From assembly GCA_966211685.1 (NCBI GenBank), contig CBIHOX010000011.1, forward strand, positions 7,649 to 71,648: a DNA stretch of 64,000 nucleotides, in the 5' to 3' direction. This document shows positions 47,446 through 57,603 of this stretch, in pieces (the first letter of the stretch is position 1; every line of letters begins with the position of its first letter). This stretch comes from an uncultured Pseudoduganella sp. GTDB lineage: Bacteria > Pseudomonadota > Gammaproteobacteria > Burkholderiales > Burkholderiaceae_D. Made by a program: the position numbers and the translations under genes. The notes under the pieces are model-generated. The model worked only from the letters and a program-made list of their open reading frames with translations. It was not told where the DNA came from and ran no database searches.

Positions 47446-49560
47446 ATGAAACCTGTTTCCGTCTCTCCCCAACGCCCCGCCGCGCCGGTCTGGTTCGCGC
47501 CGCTGCTAGCGGTGATCTTTATCTTCCTGTTCATCCGCAACAGCGGCGTCTACCCGATCGCCTTCGTCGATGAATGGGTCTACAGCAGCGGCGCGCGCCT
47601 GTTGCCGGCGGCGCAGGCGGAAGTGCCGTCGTACCTGTACTTCTGGCTGTACAAGCTCACCCTGCAGTGCGGCGACAGCTTCCTCGACTGCAACCGCATG
47701 TTCAACGTATTGCTGTTCGTGCTGGCCGCGCCGTGCATCTACCTGATGGCGCGGCGCCATATGCCGGCCTGGGTGGCGGCGCTGGTGGCGGCGGTGGCGA
47801 TGTTCGGCCCGAACAATGCGTACACGCCGTTCTTCATGCCGGAAGCGATTTACTTTTGCGCTTTCTGGGCCTTCAGCTGCCTGGTCATGACTTACAGCGA
47901 CGCCATGACCACGCGCCGCGCGCTGGCCATCGGCGTGGCGCTGGGCCTGACCGCGCTGATCAAGTTGCACGGGCTGTTCCTGGCGCCGGCCCTGGCGGTG
48001 TTCCTGTTTTACCTGGCCTATGCGGACCGCGGCGACGCGCCGGCCTCGCGCTGGCTGTTGCGCGGCCTGCTGTGGACCGTGGCTGCCGCAGTGGCGACGC
48101 TGGCCACGCGCATGGCGGTGGGTTACCTGTTGGCCGGCAAGAACGGCTTGAGCCTGCTGGGCTCCCTGTACAGCGGCCAGGCCGCCTACACCGCCAAGAC
48201 CCACTACCCGCTGCCGATGCTGCTGCAATTCGCGTGGCACAACATGCAGGGCCACCTGATGCTGCTGGGCCTGATGTTCGGCGTACCGCTGGCAGTCTTG
48301 CTGACCATGCTGCCGGGCGCCGTGCGCGCCGCCCGCGGCGGCGATCCGGCCACGCGCCGCATGCGGGCGCTGACGGTCTATACGATCCTGATGCTCGGTT
48401 CCGTGCTGGCCGTCACGGTGGCGTTTACCGCATCGATCACCGGCCTGGCCGTCACCGACAGCACGGCGCGCATCCACACCCGCTATTACAACTTTGCCTT
48501 GCCGCTGTTGATGGTGTTTGCCGCCGCCGCATGGCAGGCGCCGCAAGTGGACAAGCGCCAGTGGCCGCGCCTGCTGGTCGGCGCCCTGCTGCTGGTGCTG
48601 ATCTGGCACGCCCGCGCGCACTTGCTGCACCGGTTTGCACCGGGCATCATCGACAGCCCGGATTTGCTGGCGGTGTCGTACAAGCGTTCCATCTTCAACG
48701 TCGTCACCGGCCTGGCGCTGCTGGCGTCGCTGGCCTGGATGGTGCGTCCGCTGCTGGGCTTGCGCCTGTTCGTGCTGCTGGCGCTGCCGCTGGCCACGCT
48801 GGGCGGTTCGCTGAACATCAACAAGTACGTGCGCTACACGATCTGGCCCGACCATTATTCGAAGGCCGGCCTGTTTGCACGCCATTACCTCGACCGCGGC
48901 GAGACGGACCAGCTGGTGATCGTCGCCAACGACATCGGCGGCCTGCACCGTACCCGCTTCTTCGTGGAAAACCCGAATTCCGCCTTCATGCAAGTGCAGC
49001 CGGGCCAGCAGCCCGACTGGTCGCAACTGCCGGGCGACAAGCAGTGGGTGCTGGTGATTGGCCAGTACGCGCCGCCGCCGCAGGCGCGCGTGGTGGCGCG
49101 CAAGGATGAAATGATGCTGTTCCAGATGCCGCGCAGCGCGGCCGGCAAGGTGTTCACGTTCGACCGCCCGCTGACCGGCATGTACGTGGCGCGCGCCATG
49201 GGCCTGGCCGGACCGGAACCCTGGGGCAGCTGGTCGGACGGACCGCAAGTGGAAATCGAATTCACCGGCCCGCTGCCGAAGCACCTGACGCTCGCCATCA
49301 AAGGCCGCGCGTTCGGCCCGAACATCGGCCGCGACATCACGGTGTCCATCGGCGGCCAGCAACGGACCATGCAGCTGGGCGCGGAAAGCAGCCAGGTCAC
49401 GCTGCCGTTCGATACCGACGGCACGGCCACCACGCTGCGCTTCACGATCCCGGCCCCGACTACGCCCAAGTCGCTGGGCCAGGGTGAAGACTTGCGGGCA
49501 ATGGGCATCGGGTTTGAAAGCTTGAAGATCGACAGCGCGGAAAGCGTGTCGGGCAACTGA
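47446..49560 (+). CDS. Paralogous putative GT-C membrane protein
   Basis: FVDEWVY, FFMPEAIY, IKLHGLFL, HTRYYNF and EPWGSWSDG mirror the motifs of 45236-47353. ATG at 47446 preferred over TTG at 47428. Confidence 0.65.
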   Translation: MKPVSVSPQRPAAPVWFAPLLAVIFIFLFIRNSGVYPIAFVDEWVYSSGARLLPAAQAEVPSYLYFWLYKLTLQCGDSFLDCNRMFNVLLFVLAAPCIYLMARRHMPAWVAALVAAVAMFGPNNAYTPFFMPEAIYFCAFWAFSCLVMTYSDAMTTRRALAIGVALGLTALIKLHGLFLAPALAVFLFYLAYADRGDAPASRWLLRGLLWTVAAAVATLATRMAVGYLLAGKNGLSLLGSLYSGQAAYTAKTHYPLPMLLQFAWHNMQGHLMLLGLMFGVPLAVLLTMLPGAVRAARGGDPATRRMRALTVYTILMLGSVLAVTVAFTASITGLAVTDSTARIHTRYYNFALPLLMVFAAAAWQAPQVDKRQWPRLLVGALLLVLIWHARAHLLHRFAPGIIDSPDLLAVSYKRSIFNVVTGLALLASLAWMVRPLLGLRLFVLLALPLATLGGSLNINKYVRYTIWPDHYSKAGLFARHYLDRGETDQLVIVANDIGGLHRTRFFVENPNSAFMQVQPGQQPDWSQLPGDKQWVLVIGQYAPPPQARVVARKDEMMLFQMPRSAAGKVFTFDRPLTGMYVARAMGLAGPEPWGSWSDGPQVEIEFTGPLPKHLTLAIKGRAFGPNIGRDITVSIGGQQRTMQLGAESSQVTLPFDTDGTATTLRFTIPAPTTPKSLGQGEDLRAMGIGFESLKIDSAESVSGN

Positions 49561-49657
49561 AAAACGCGCTCAGCGCTGGCGCGGCGGGCGGCACTGGTTT
49601 GCGTGCCGCCAATTGGCTCTGTCACCTGGAATCGTGGCATACCCTGTACTGGCAACG

Positions 49658-49757
49658 GTAGGGCGGATTAGGCGGTACGCCGTAATCCGCCATTGCATGC
49701 GTATAGGTGCTGCCGGCAATGGCGGATTACGCTGCTGCGCAGCTAATCGCGCCCTAC
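49658..49757. repeat. Inverted pair of GTAG REPs between convergent genes
   Basis: GTAGggcggattaggcggtacgccgtaatccgcc and ggcggattacgctgctgcgcagctaatcgcgccCTAC. Confidence 0.8.
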
Positions 49758-49924
49758 AGCCTACAGCCGTGGGCCATTCCACGATTGCTGGTGACAGCGC
49801 TTTTTAATTTCCCTTCCCCTGTTCGCAAATCGCCTTCAAGGGCAAAAGAAAATGGCACCGCCTCTGGCCTTGCGCCTCTAGGCTGTTGCCTAGGGGCTGC
49901 GCGCGGCCATCGACGAGGCGCCGC

Positions 49925-51928
49925 TTACTTGTTTCCGCGCGCCGCCTGCTGCGCCGCGAACTGTTCGCCCACATACAAATCGCCCACATAACTCAGGTGG
50001 TGCGTATCGCGGTACATCAGGCGCTTATTCAACATCACGTGACAGCGCTGCGCATCGCACAGGGGCGCGGCCGCGTCGAACAATTGCACGTCGGGGAACT
50101 CGCGCAGCACGGCTTGCAGCGCATCCTGGTGCAGCTTCACGTTTTCATCGAATTTCGCGCGCGGCAGCGCGCAGTCGGTGCGCATCTGCGTGCTGGCGAT
50201 ACCCGGGCGGCCGATGCAGGCGCGCGGTTCGAAGTCCAGCATCGGCACGTCATTGACGAAGATGACGCGCTTGCCGGCCGCCTGCAATTGCTGCAGCGTT
50301 GTGCGCAGCGCCGCCACCATGCGCTGGCCATCTTCATTCACGTTTTGCAGCTTGGCCACGGTGGAAATGATCACCGTGTGCACGCTGGCGGTCTTCAGCG
50401 CCAGCTCCAGCATGGCCGGCGTGGCTTGCTGGTACGGGTCGGAACCGACCGGCAGGCCGATGAAGGGGATGCGGGTGCCCAGCAGCCACAGGTTGTCGCC
50501 GCGCGCGCGCCAGTATTTCGTCATGCCGGCCACGATGTGGTAGGCGTGGCTGTCGCCGATCAACAGCACGGTCGGATCGCGCTGCACGTCGTCCAGGATG
50601 CAATACTGGTACTGGCTGGTGAATCCATAGCGCGCCTTGCACGCATTGGCCTTGGCCACGTCTTCCACCATGATCAAGTCCTTGTGCAACTGGGCGTTGG
50701 CCACCACCGCGCCACGCTGCGGCAAACCTTCGGCGCGGTTCACGTACACGCCGGCCCCCGCCAGCGCCGCCATGGCCGCCGACAGCACGATGACTTTCAC
50801 GCGGCCCTGCGCGGCGCCGCGCAATGGGCGCTCGAGCAGGCGGTACGTCAGCCACGCCAGCACCACGGACGCCGCCAGGGCAATCGCGCGCCATTTGGCC
50901 GGCGGCGTGCCCGATTCAATGATGTGGGCAAACGACAGCAGCGGCCAGTGCCACAGGTAGAGCGGATAACTGATCAGGCCCACCCACACCATGGCGCGGT
51001 TCGACAGCACCACGCGGTTGACCCACGCTTGCGGCCCCGCGCTGATCAGCATGATGGCGCCCAGCACCGGCAGCAAGGCGCCCCAGCCCGGATACGGGCG
51101 CTTGGCGCTGAGGAAGGCATAGGCCGACGCGATCAGCAACAGGCCGACCACCGAACGCACGCTGCGCGCATAGGCGCTGCCGGGATTGAGCAGCAGCCGA
51201 TCGCCGCCGCCTTCCTGGCGCACGCCGGCAAACAGCGTGTAGCGGTGCACGCTCAGGTAGGCCAGCAAGGCGCCCAGCAGCAATTCCCACACCCGGCTGG
51301 CCGGCGAATAAAACGTGGCGCTGGCATATTTGTGCATGCCGCCGATATTGACCAGGAACGACACGGCCGCCAGCGCCAGCAACACCTTCACCACGTTGCC
51401 GCCGCGCTTGTGGGTCCACGCCAGGATCAGGGGCCAGAAAATGTAGAACTGTTCCTCGATGCCGAGCGACCACAAATGCAGCAGCGGCTTGGTATCGGCC
51501 GCCGTGTCGAAGTAGCCGACTTCATTCCACAGGAAGATATTCGACAGGAACGCCGCGCCGCCAAACACGTGGCGACCGAGCTTGGCCAGTTCATCGGGGA
51601 ACAGCGCGAACCAGGCGTACGCCAGGCACGCCGTCATCACCAGCAGCAGGGCCGGGAAGATGCGGCGCACGCGGCGCGCGTAAAAGTCGGCGAACGTGAA
51701 CGTGCCCTGCTCCAGGTTGCCCATCAGGATGCTGGAAATCAAAAAGCCGGAAATCACGAAGAACACGTCGACGCCGGCAAAGCCGCCCGGCAGCGCCTTG
51801 GGGAACGCGTGGTACACCAGCACGGCCAGCACGGCCAGCGCGCGCATGCCATCGATATCGGGGCGGTAAGCCGGGTGCGCGTGGCTGGCCGCGGCCACGC
51901 CTGCTTCAGGGAGTTTTTCCAGTTTCAT
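49925..51928 (-). CDS. OafA-type O-acyltransferase (acyltransferase-3 fused to SGNH domain)
   Basis: YRPDIDGMRALAV, GVDVFFVISGFLI, HLWSLGIEEQFY, SYPLYLWHWP, then IGDSHA and DTHH (SGNH catalytic Ser and His). Confidence 0.93.
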   Translation of the reverse strand: MKLEKLPEAGVAAASHAHPAYRPDIDGMRALAVLAVLVYHAFPKALPGGFAGVDVFFVISGFLISSILMGNLEQGTFTFADFYARRVRRIFPALLLVMTACLAYAWFALFPDELAKLGRHVFGGAAFLSNIFLWNEVGYFDTAADTKPLLHLWSLGIEEQFYIFWPLILAWTHKRGGNVVKVLLALAAVSFLVNIGGMHKYASATFYSPASRVWELLLGALLAYLSVHRYTLFAGVRQEGGGDRLLLNPGSAYARSVRSVVGLLLIASAYAFLSAKRPYPGWGALLPVLGAIMLISAGPQAWVNRVVLSNRAMVWVGLISYPLYLWHWPLLSFAHIIESGTPPAKWRAIALAASVVLAWLTYRLLERPLRGAAQGRVKVIVLSAAMAALAGAGVYVNRAEGLPQRGAVVANAQLHKDLIMVEDVAKANACKARYGFTSQYQYCILDDVQRDPTVLLIGDSHAYHIVAGMTKYWRARGDNLWLLGTRIPFIGLPVGSDPYQQATPAMLELALKTASVHTVIISTVAKLQNVNEDGQRMVAALRTTLQQLQAAGKRVIFVNDVPMLDFEPRACIGRPGIASTQMRTDCALPRAKFDENVKLHQDALQAVLREFPDVQLFDAAAPLCDAQRCHVMLNKRLMYRDTHHLSYVGDLYVGEQFAAQQAARGNK

Positions 51929-51939
51929 CGTTCAATTGC

Positions 51940-53142
51940 TCAATTACCGTAGCGGCGCTGGCCCTCTTGGGCGCCAGCAGTGGATTCCGGGGCCGGTGCG
52001 GCGACCGTGCGCGCCGCGTGCAGGCCGCGCCGCGGCAATGCCTGCAGCAACAGCGCGTGCGCCTGCAGCATGCGCTTGCGCAGCCAGGGCGCCACGCCCA
52101 GTTCCAGGTAGTGGTGCGACAGCGCCGCCAGCGGCAGCGACAGCACCGTGGAAATGAACATGTAGTTCCAGCCGTGGGTAAACGGTTCCAGTCCCACCTT
52201 CGTCAGCGCGACCTTGACCACGTGCTGGGCGATCAAGTGCGTCAGGTACAGCGAATACGAAATCGCGCCCAGCCACAGCAGCAGGCGCGGCATCTTGAAC
52301 GGCAGGGTTTTCACGCCGATCGCCAGCGACAGCACCATCAGCGCCACCGGCCAGCCCCAGTGCGTGGGGCCATGCATGTAGGTGGCGCCGCTGTAGATGG
52401 CCCACACGCCGAAGCCGCAGCCGACCCACATCAATTGCGCCGCCACCGCTTTGCTGGAAAAGCGCAGCCAGGGCGCGCGGTACGCCCAGCCGATCGCCAC
52501 GCCGGCCAGAAATTCAAGGATGAACGGGCTGGTGACGATGGCCATGTAGCGCGAGTGGTAACCCAGGTCTTGCGTGACTTCCAGGTTGAGGCCGATGCGG
52601 CCCAGCGGCAGCAGGAACACGGTCAGCACGATCCACGACAGCATCACGAACCAGCGCAGGCGGTGGAACAGCATGGAACCGGCAAACACCAGGTAGAAGT
52701 ACATTTCAAACACCAGGGTCCAGCCCACCTGCAGCGCGATCGTGAAATACGGCGGCTGGCGCGGGTCGACCGGCAGGAAGAAGATACTGCGCAAGAAGTT
52801 GGCCTTGTTGCCGTCAAAGTAATGCCAGCCGCCGTTGACCACCAGCACATAGGCCAGCGACACCACGGCATACACGGGCCACACGCGGGCAAAGCGCTTG
52901 ATCAGGAAATTGGCCGCGGCCGCCGGACCGGTCGGCGTGCCAACCGTCGAGTAATACATGATGAAGCCGCTGATCACGAAGAACAGGTCGACGCCCATCG
53001 CGCCCGGAATGAAGATCTGGTTCGCCAGGCCCCATTGCTCGGTATTGAGCAGGGCATAGCGCGCGTGGGTCAACACCACCAGCAGCGCGGCAATGCCCCG
53101 CAACATTTGTATCCAGTCCAGTTCCTGCTCTTGGCGCTTCAA
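51940..53142 (-). CDS. Acyltransferase-3 family protein
   Basis: IQMLRGIAALLVV, GVDLFFVISGFIM, GWTLVFEMYFY, SYSLYLTH. TTG start at 53142 chosen for its RBS. Confidence 0.9.
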   Translation of the reverse strand: MKRQEQELDWIQMLRGIAALLVVLTHARYALLNTEQWGLANQIFIPGAMGVDLFFVISGFIMYYSTVGTPTGPAAAANFLIKRFARVWPVYAVVSLAYVLVVNGGWHYFDGNKANFLRSIFFLPVDPRQPPYFTIALQVGWTLVFEMYFYLVFAGSMLFHRLRWFVMLSWIVLTVFLLPLGRIGLNLEVTQDLGYHSRYMAIVTSPFILEFLAGVAIGWAYRAPWLRFSSKAVAAQLMWVGCGFGVWAIYSGATYMHGPTHWGWPVALMVLSLAIGVKTLPFKMPRLLLWLGAISYSLYLTHLIAQHVVKVALTKVGLEPFTHGWNYMFISTVLSLPLAALSHHYLELGVAPWLRKRMLQAHALLLQALPRRGLHAARTVAAPAPESTAGAQEGQRRYGN

Positions 53143-53176
53143 CCTCGCCCCCTGTCTTAATTGGTAAAAATGCAAC

Positions 53177-53206
53177 ACCCCTCCCGCACGGATGCACGGG
53201 AGGGGT
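53177..53206 (-). terminator. Hairpin downstream of rhlE
   Basis: ACCCCTCCCG-N10-CGGGAGGGGT, followed on the minus strand by GTTGCATTTTT. Confidence 0.5.
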
Positions 53207-53224
53207 ATCGGTGTAACGTGCGCC

Positions 53225-54730
53225 TTACTGCTTGCGCAAGCCGCCCAGCAACGCAGCGATTTTTTGCTTGGGCTTGGCGGTGCCGGCCGTCGCGGCCGGC
53301 GCCGGGGCGGCCGGGGCGGTGCTCTTGCTGGGCTCGTATGGTTTCAGGAACCACGGATCGACTTTTTCACGCCGTGGCGCCGGGCTGAATGGGCGGCTGC
53401 CACGCTCGCCTGGACGGTCGCCGCCGCGGTCACTGCCGCGTGCACGCTCGCCGCCGCGCTCGCCGCCGCGCACCTCGGCGTCGGGACGGCGGGCGCCGGC
53501 GCGGCGTTCGCCCATGCGGTCATCGCGCTCGCCGCGCGACGACGACGGCATGAAGCCTTCCAGGGTGCCGCGCGGGATGGTTTGCTTGATGAGCTTTTCA
53601 ATATCATCGAGCAGGCGCGTATCCTTGTCGGAATAAATCGAAATCGCGTCGCCCGAGGCGCCGGCGCGGCCGGTACGGCCGATGCGGTGCACGTAATCTT
53701 CCGCGTTGTACGGCAAATCGTAGTTGATCACGCACGGCAAGTCGGAAATGTCGAGGCCGCGCGCCGCCACGTCGGTGGCCACCAGCACGTCGATCTCGAA
53801 GCGCTTGAAGGCGTCCAGCGCCGCCATGCGTTCCTGCTGGGTCTTGTCGCCGTGAATCGCGGCGGCTTTCATGCCTTCGCGTTCCAGGCTGCGCGCCAGG
53901 CGCGACGCGCCGATCTTGGTGTTGGAAAACACGATGACTTGCTTGGCTTCGCGCTGGCGCAGGATGTGCGCCACCACGTCGCCCTTTTGGCTTTCCTCGA
54001 CCTTGTACACCACCTGCGTCACGCGCTCGGCCGTGGCGTTGCTGCGCGCCACTTCGATGGTGACCGGCTGGTTCAGGAAGCTGCCCGCGAGTTTCTTGAT
54101 TTCCGGCGAGAAGGTCGCCGAGAACATCAGGCTCTGGCGCTGCTTCGGCAACAGGTTCACGATGCGCTGCAAGTCCGGCAGGAAGCCCATGTCGAGCATG
54201 CGGTCGGCTTCGTCCAGCACCAGCATTTGCACCTGACCCAGCGCGATGTTTTTCTGCTCGACGTGGTCGAGCAGGCGGCCCGGCGTGGCAATCACGATTT
54301 CCACGCCCCGGCGCAGCGCTTCGGTTTGCGGCTTCATGTCCATGCCGCCAAACACCACGCACGAGCGCAGCGGCGTGAACTGGCTATAGGCCTGGACGTT
54401 TTCCGCCACCTGCACCGCCAGTTCGCGGGTCGGGGTCAGGATCAGCGCGCGCACCGGATGGCGCGCCGGCGACATGCTGGTGTTGGCGTGCGCCAGCAGG
54501 GTCTGGATGATCGGCAGCGAAAAGCCGGCGGTTTTGCCGGTGCCGGTCTGGGCGGCGCCCATGACGTCGCGGCCTTGCAATACGATAGGAATTGCCTGCG
54601 CCTGGATCGGCGTCGGATGGACATAACCTTGGGCCGTCAGGGCCCGCTGGATATCGGGCGACAAGCCAAAGTCGGCAAAGCGCACCGTTGGCGCATCGAC
54701 AACTTCAGGATTGATCGGTGTTTCAGACAT
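53225..54730 (-). CDS. rhlE: DEAD-box RNA helicase, RhlE-like
   Basis: Q motif PTPIQ, AQTGTGKT, PTRELA, TPGRLLD, DEAD, SAT, HRIGRTGR. Start MSETPINPE at 54730. Confidence 0.92.
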   Translation of the reverse strand: MSETPINPEVVDAPTVRFADFGLSPDIQRALTAQGYVHPTPIQAQAIPIVLQGRDVMGAAQTGTGKTAGFSLPIIQTLLAHANTSMSPARHPVRALILTPTRELAVQVAENVQAYSQFTPLRSCVVFGGMDMKPQTEALRRGVEIVIATPGRLLDHVEQKNIALGQVQMLVLDEADRMLDMGFLPDLQRIVNLLPKQRQSLMFSATFSPEIKKLAGSFLNQPVTIEVARSNATAERVTQVVYKVEESQKGDVVAHILRQREAKQVIVFSNTKIGASRLARSLEREGMKAAAIHGDKTQQERMAALDAFKRFEIDVLVATDVAARGLDISDLPCVINYDLPYNAEDYVHRIGRTGRAGASGDAISIYSDKDTRLLDDIEKLIKQTIPRGTLEGFMPSSSRGERDDRMGERRAGARRPDAEVRGGERGGERARGSDRGGDRPGERGSRPFSPAPRREKVDPWFLKPYEPSKSTAPAAPAPAATAGTAKPKQKIAALLGGLRKQ

Positions 54731-54924
54731 AAATTTCCCGGGCCTCCAATGGGAAGCCCTGTTCTTGATGAAGGTGGATGGGCTGCTGTGCTGGCAAGAC
54801 CCGCAAAAAACGGGCGCACAAGCGTAGACACAATAATAGTGGCGTAAACGATACCGCAAAACCCGGCAACTGTACATCACATCCTACGTTATACTAGGCG
54901 CTTTTCTTTTTGCAACGGATTGGT

Positions 54925-56049
54925 ATGGAAGGGTATGCAGGGCGTTCGCGCCCACTGGCCACGGCAATTGCCTCGCACGACAACGGCTTCAACCTGGTGC
55001 GCCTGGCCTGTGCCCTGCTGGTAGTGGTCTACCATGCCTACCAGATCAATGCGGTGCGTCCCGGCGCGGCCGATCCCCTCAGCGCCCTGATGGCGCCGCT
55101 GACCGACCTGGGCAGCCTGGCCGTCGGCGTGTTCTTCGTCATCAGCGGCTTGTTCATCACGCAAAGCTGGGAGCGCGATCCCCATGTGCTGCGCTTTTTG
55201 GCGCGCAGGATCGCGCGCATCGTGCCGGGCCTGTTTGTCTGCCTGCTGGTCTCCACTGTCGTGGCCGTGGTGTTCTTTTCCGACAAGGGCGCGGCCGGCC
55301 TGGCCGAGACCGCGCCTTGGCGCTACATTGTTGGCAACACGGTCCTGCACCGCCTGGTCTACATCATCCCGCCCTCGGAATACCGGATTGCCGGCGTGCT
55401 GGGCGGCCAGGACTTGAACGGTCCACTGTGGACGCTGTACTGGGAAGGCCGCATGTACATCATGGTGGCGCTGGTCGGCGTGGCCGCCATGCTGCCGATG
55501 CGCACCTGGCTGCGCGGCGCCGCGGTTTTCCTGTTACTGGCCACGCATCTGTTCCCCACGGTCTTGTCGGGCTATATCTGGGAAACCAGACTGTGGTCGA
55601 TGTTTTTGGCCGGCATGCTGCTGTACACCTTGGCGCCGTCGGTCCACATCACGTGGCGCCACGTGCTGTGCGCGGTGGCGCTGCTGGCGCTGAACTGGAC
55701 CCGCAACCATGACTTGACGCCCAGCGGCCTCAGTTATTTCGGCATTGCCCTGGTGGCGGCCACGGCGGGACTGGCCCTCGGCGGCGCCACCCGGCGCTGG
55801 ATGCATTTGCGCCACGATTATTCATACGGCGTGTATATCTGGCACTGGCCCATCCTGCTGATGCTGCGCGCCGCCCTGCCCCCGCTGGACGCGCCCGCCA
55901 CCCTGGCCATCGCGCTGGCGGTCACGCTGCCGATCGCCATGCTGAGCTGGCATTTCGTGGAATTGCCTGCGCAACGGCTGGCGCGGCGCTGGCTGCGCAC
56001 ACCGCGCGCCGATACGGCGCCCGTGGCGAACCTGAATAAAATTGCCTAA
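54925..56049 (+). CDS. Acyltransferase-3 family protein
   Basis: NGFNLVRLACALLVV, AVGVFFVISGLFI, RIVPGL, NGPLWTLYWE, DYSYGVYIWHWP. Confidence 0.9.
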   Translation: MEGYAGRSRPLATAIASHDNGFNLVRLACALLVVVYHAYQINAVRPGAADPLSALMAPLTDLGSLAVGVFFVISGLFITQSWERDPHVLRFLARRIARIVPGLFVCLLVSTVVAVVFFSDKGAAGLAETAPWRYIVGNTVLHRLVYIIPPSEYRIAGVLGGQDLNGPLWTLYWEGRMYIMVALVGVAAMLPMRTWLRGAAVFLLLATHLFPTVLSGYIWETRLWSMFLAGMLLYTLAPSVHITWRHVLCAVALLALNWTRNHDLTPSGLSYFGIALVAATAGLALGGATRRWMHLRHDYSYGVYIWHWPILLMLRAALPPLDAPATLAIALAVTLPIAMLSWHFVELPAQRLARRWLRTPRADTAPVANLNKIA

Positions 56050-56089
56050 AATACAGCACTTCATTTCCATTACCCGTCGGAAGCAGTAC

Positions 56090-56123
56090 GTAGGCCGGAT
56101 TAGCGCTAAGCGCGTAATCCGGC
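56090..56123. repeat. GTAG REP
   Basis: GTAGgccggattagcgctaagcgcgtaatccggc. Confidence 0.8.
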
Positions 56124-56181
56124 AAGCATTCCGCCCCGCATGCATGGCGGAACAACCCGTCCAGGATCAAGTTTCCAACTG

Positions 56182-57603
56182 ATGAAATCCCTATTTAACT
56201 TATTCAAGCAGAGCGCCAGCCTGGCGCCCGCCCAGCCTGAACCTGCGACTGCCGTGGCGCAAGCGCCTGTCCTGGAACCAGTTGCAGCGCCCGCCGTGCC
56301 AGCGCCGGACACCTCCTCATCCCAGGCTTCCGGCGCCGCCGTGGATGCCGGTGCCGGCGCCCATGCCGTAGCCGCCCCCGCCGAACCGGCCGCGCAGCCG
56401 GCAGCCGCCCCCGCCGGCCCGGCCCACCGCCGCTTCCTCAAGGACAACCCGATCGCCTACCAGAAAGCCGTCGCGGCGGCCGAAGCGTATGTCGACATCC
56501 TCGAGCAGGATGGCGATAAATGGTGGCTGTACCAGAAGCCGTTCGACCAGCGCAACCATAACCAGCAATACTTCCGCCTGATGTATGACGTGCTCAACAT
56601 CCTGCAGGCGATGGATATCAAGCCGGGCGGGCGCGTGCTGGAAATCGGCAGCGGTCCCGGCTGGGTCACTGAAATCCTGCTGGCGCTGGGCTTTGCCGTC
56701 GATGCGCTGGAACCGGCCGCCGACATGGTCAGCGTGGCGCGCGAGCGCGTGGCCGCCGCCGCCGCGCATTACCGCCTGCCGGGCGAATTGCCGATGCGCT
56801 TCCACCAGACCACGGTGGAAGACATGGCGTTCGACGACGGCGAGTTCGACGCCATCCTGTATTTCGATTCGCTGCACCACATCCACGATGAACACGACGC
56901 CATAGCGAAGAGTTTTCGCTACCTCAAGCCGGGCGGCTGCCTTGGCGTGGTCGAAGGCGCGTGGCACCCGGACTTCAAGGAACTGGAAGCGGGCCTGATG
57001 GCGGAAATGGAAAAGTACGGCACGCTGGAAAATCCGTTTTCCGTCGAATACCTGGACCAGTTGCTGGACCAGGCCGGCTTTATCGAAGTGCAGCGCTATG
57101 TCGGCGTCAATGGCTTCTTCACGCACAGCCAGCTGGCGCAACTGCACCACGCCGGCAACGCCATGGCGGGATCGAACAACGTCACCGCGCGCAAGCCGAG
57201 CCGCGAAGAATTGCAATACCCGCCGTGCACGGATTTGCAGCACAAGACCGATGCCCGCTTCGCGCTGCAATCGGCCACGATCGCGCCCGGCAGCCGCCAG
57301 GCCACGGTGCAGGTGGCGTTCACCAATACCGGCGACACCATCTTTTCCAACCGCCAGGCGCGCGTGGGCCACGTCACGTTTGCGTTACGGCGCGGCGCGC
57401 CCGGCAGCGATGGCTTTGCCGAGTGCAAGGAGCGCCACCTGTTGCCTGAAATGATGATCCCGGGGAAAACCATCACGCTGCAACTCGCGTTCACGTTGCC
57501 GGCCGGCGCCAGCCTCGATGGCTGGGAACTCGATGCGATTGCCGAAGGCGTGTTCTGGTTTTCCAGCCGGGGCGTGGCGCCCTGCCCGGTGCCGCTGGCG
57601 TGA
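56182..57603 (+). CDS. Class I SAM-dependent methyltransferase with C-terminal Ig-like domain
   Basis: RVLEIGSGPGW, FDAILYFDSLHH, LKPGG; C-terminal VAFTNTG...IPGKT...AIAEGVFWF beta domain; Ala/Pro-rich N-terminus. Confidence 0.85.
   Translation: MKSLFNLFKQSASLAPAQPEPATAVAQAPVLEPVAAPAVPAPDTSSSQASGAAVDAGAGAHAVAAPAEPAAQPAAAPAGPAHRRFLKDNPIAYQKAVAAAEAYVDILEQDGDKWWLYQKPFDQRNHNQQYFRLMYDVLNILQAMDIKPGGRVLEIGSGPGWVTEILLALGFAVDALEPAADMVSVARERVAAAAAHYRLPGELPMRFHQTTVEDMAFDDGEFDAILYFDSLHHIHDEHDAIAKSFRYLKPGGCLGVVEGAWHPDFKELEAGLMAEMEKYGTLENPFSVEYLDQLLDQAGFIEVQRYVGVNGFFTHSQLAQLHHAGNAMAGSNNVTARKPSREELQYPPCTDLQHKTDARFALQSATIAPGSRQATVQVAFTNTGDTIFSNRQARVGHVTFALRRGAPGSDGFAECKERHLLPEMMIPGKTITLQLAFTLPAGASLDGWELDAIAEGVFWFSSRGVAPCPVPLA

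Noticed and set aside
1484-56123. Recurrent ~30-bp palindromes as a possible CRISPR array
   Set aside because: Dispersed singly or in pairs, with no regular spacers and no cas genes; they fit GTAG REPs.
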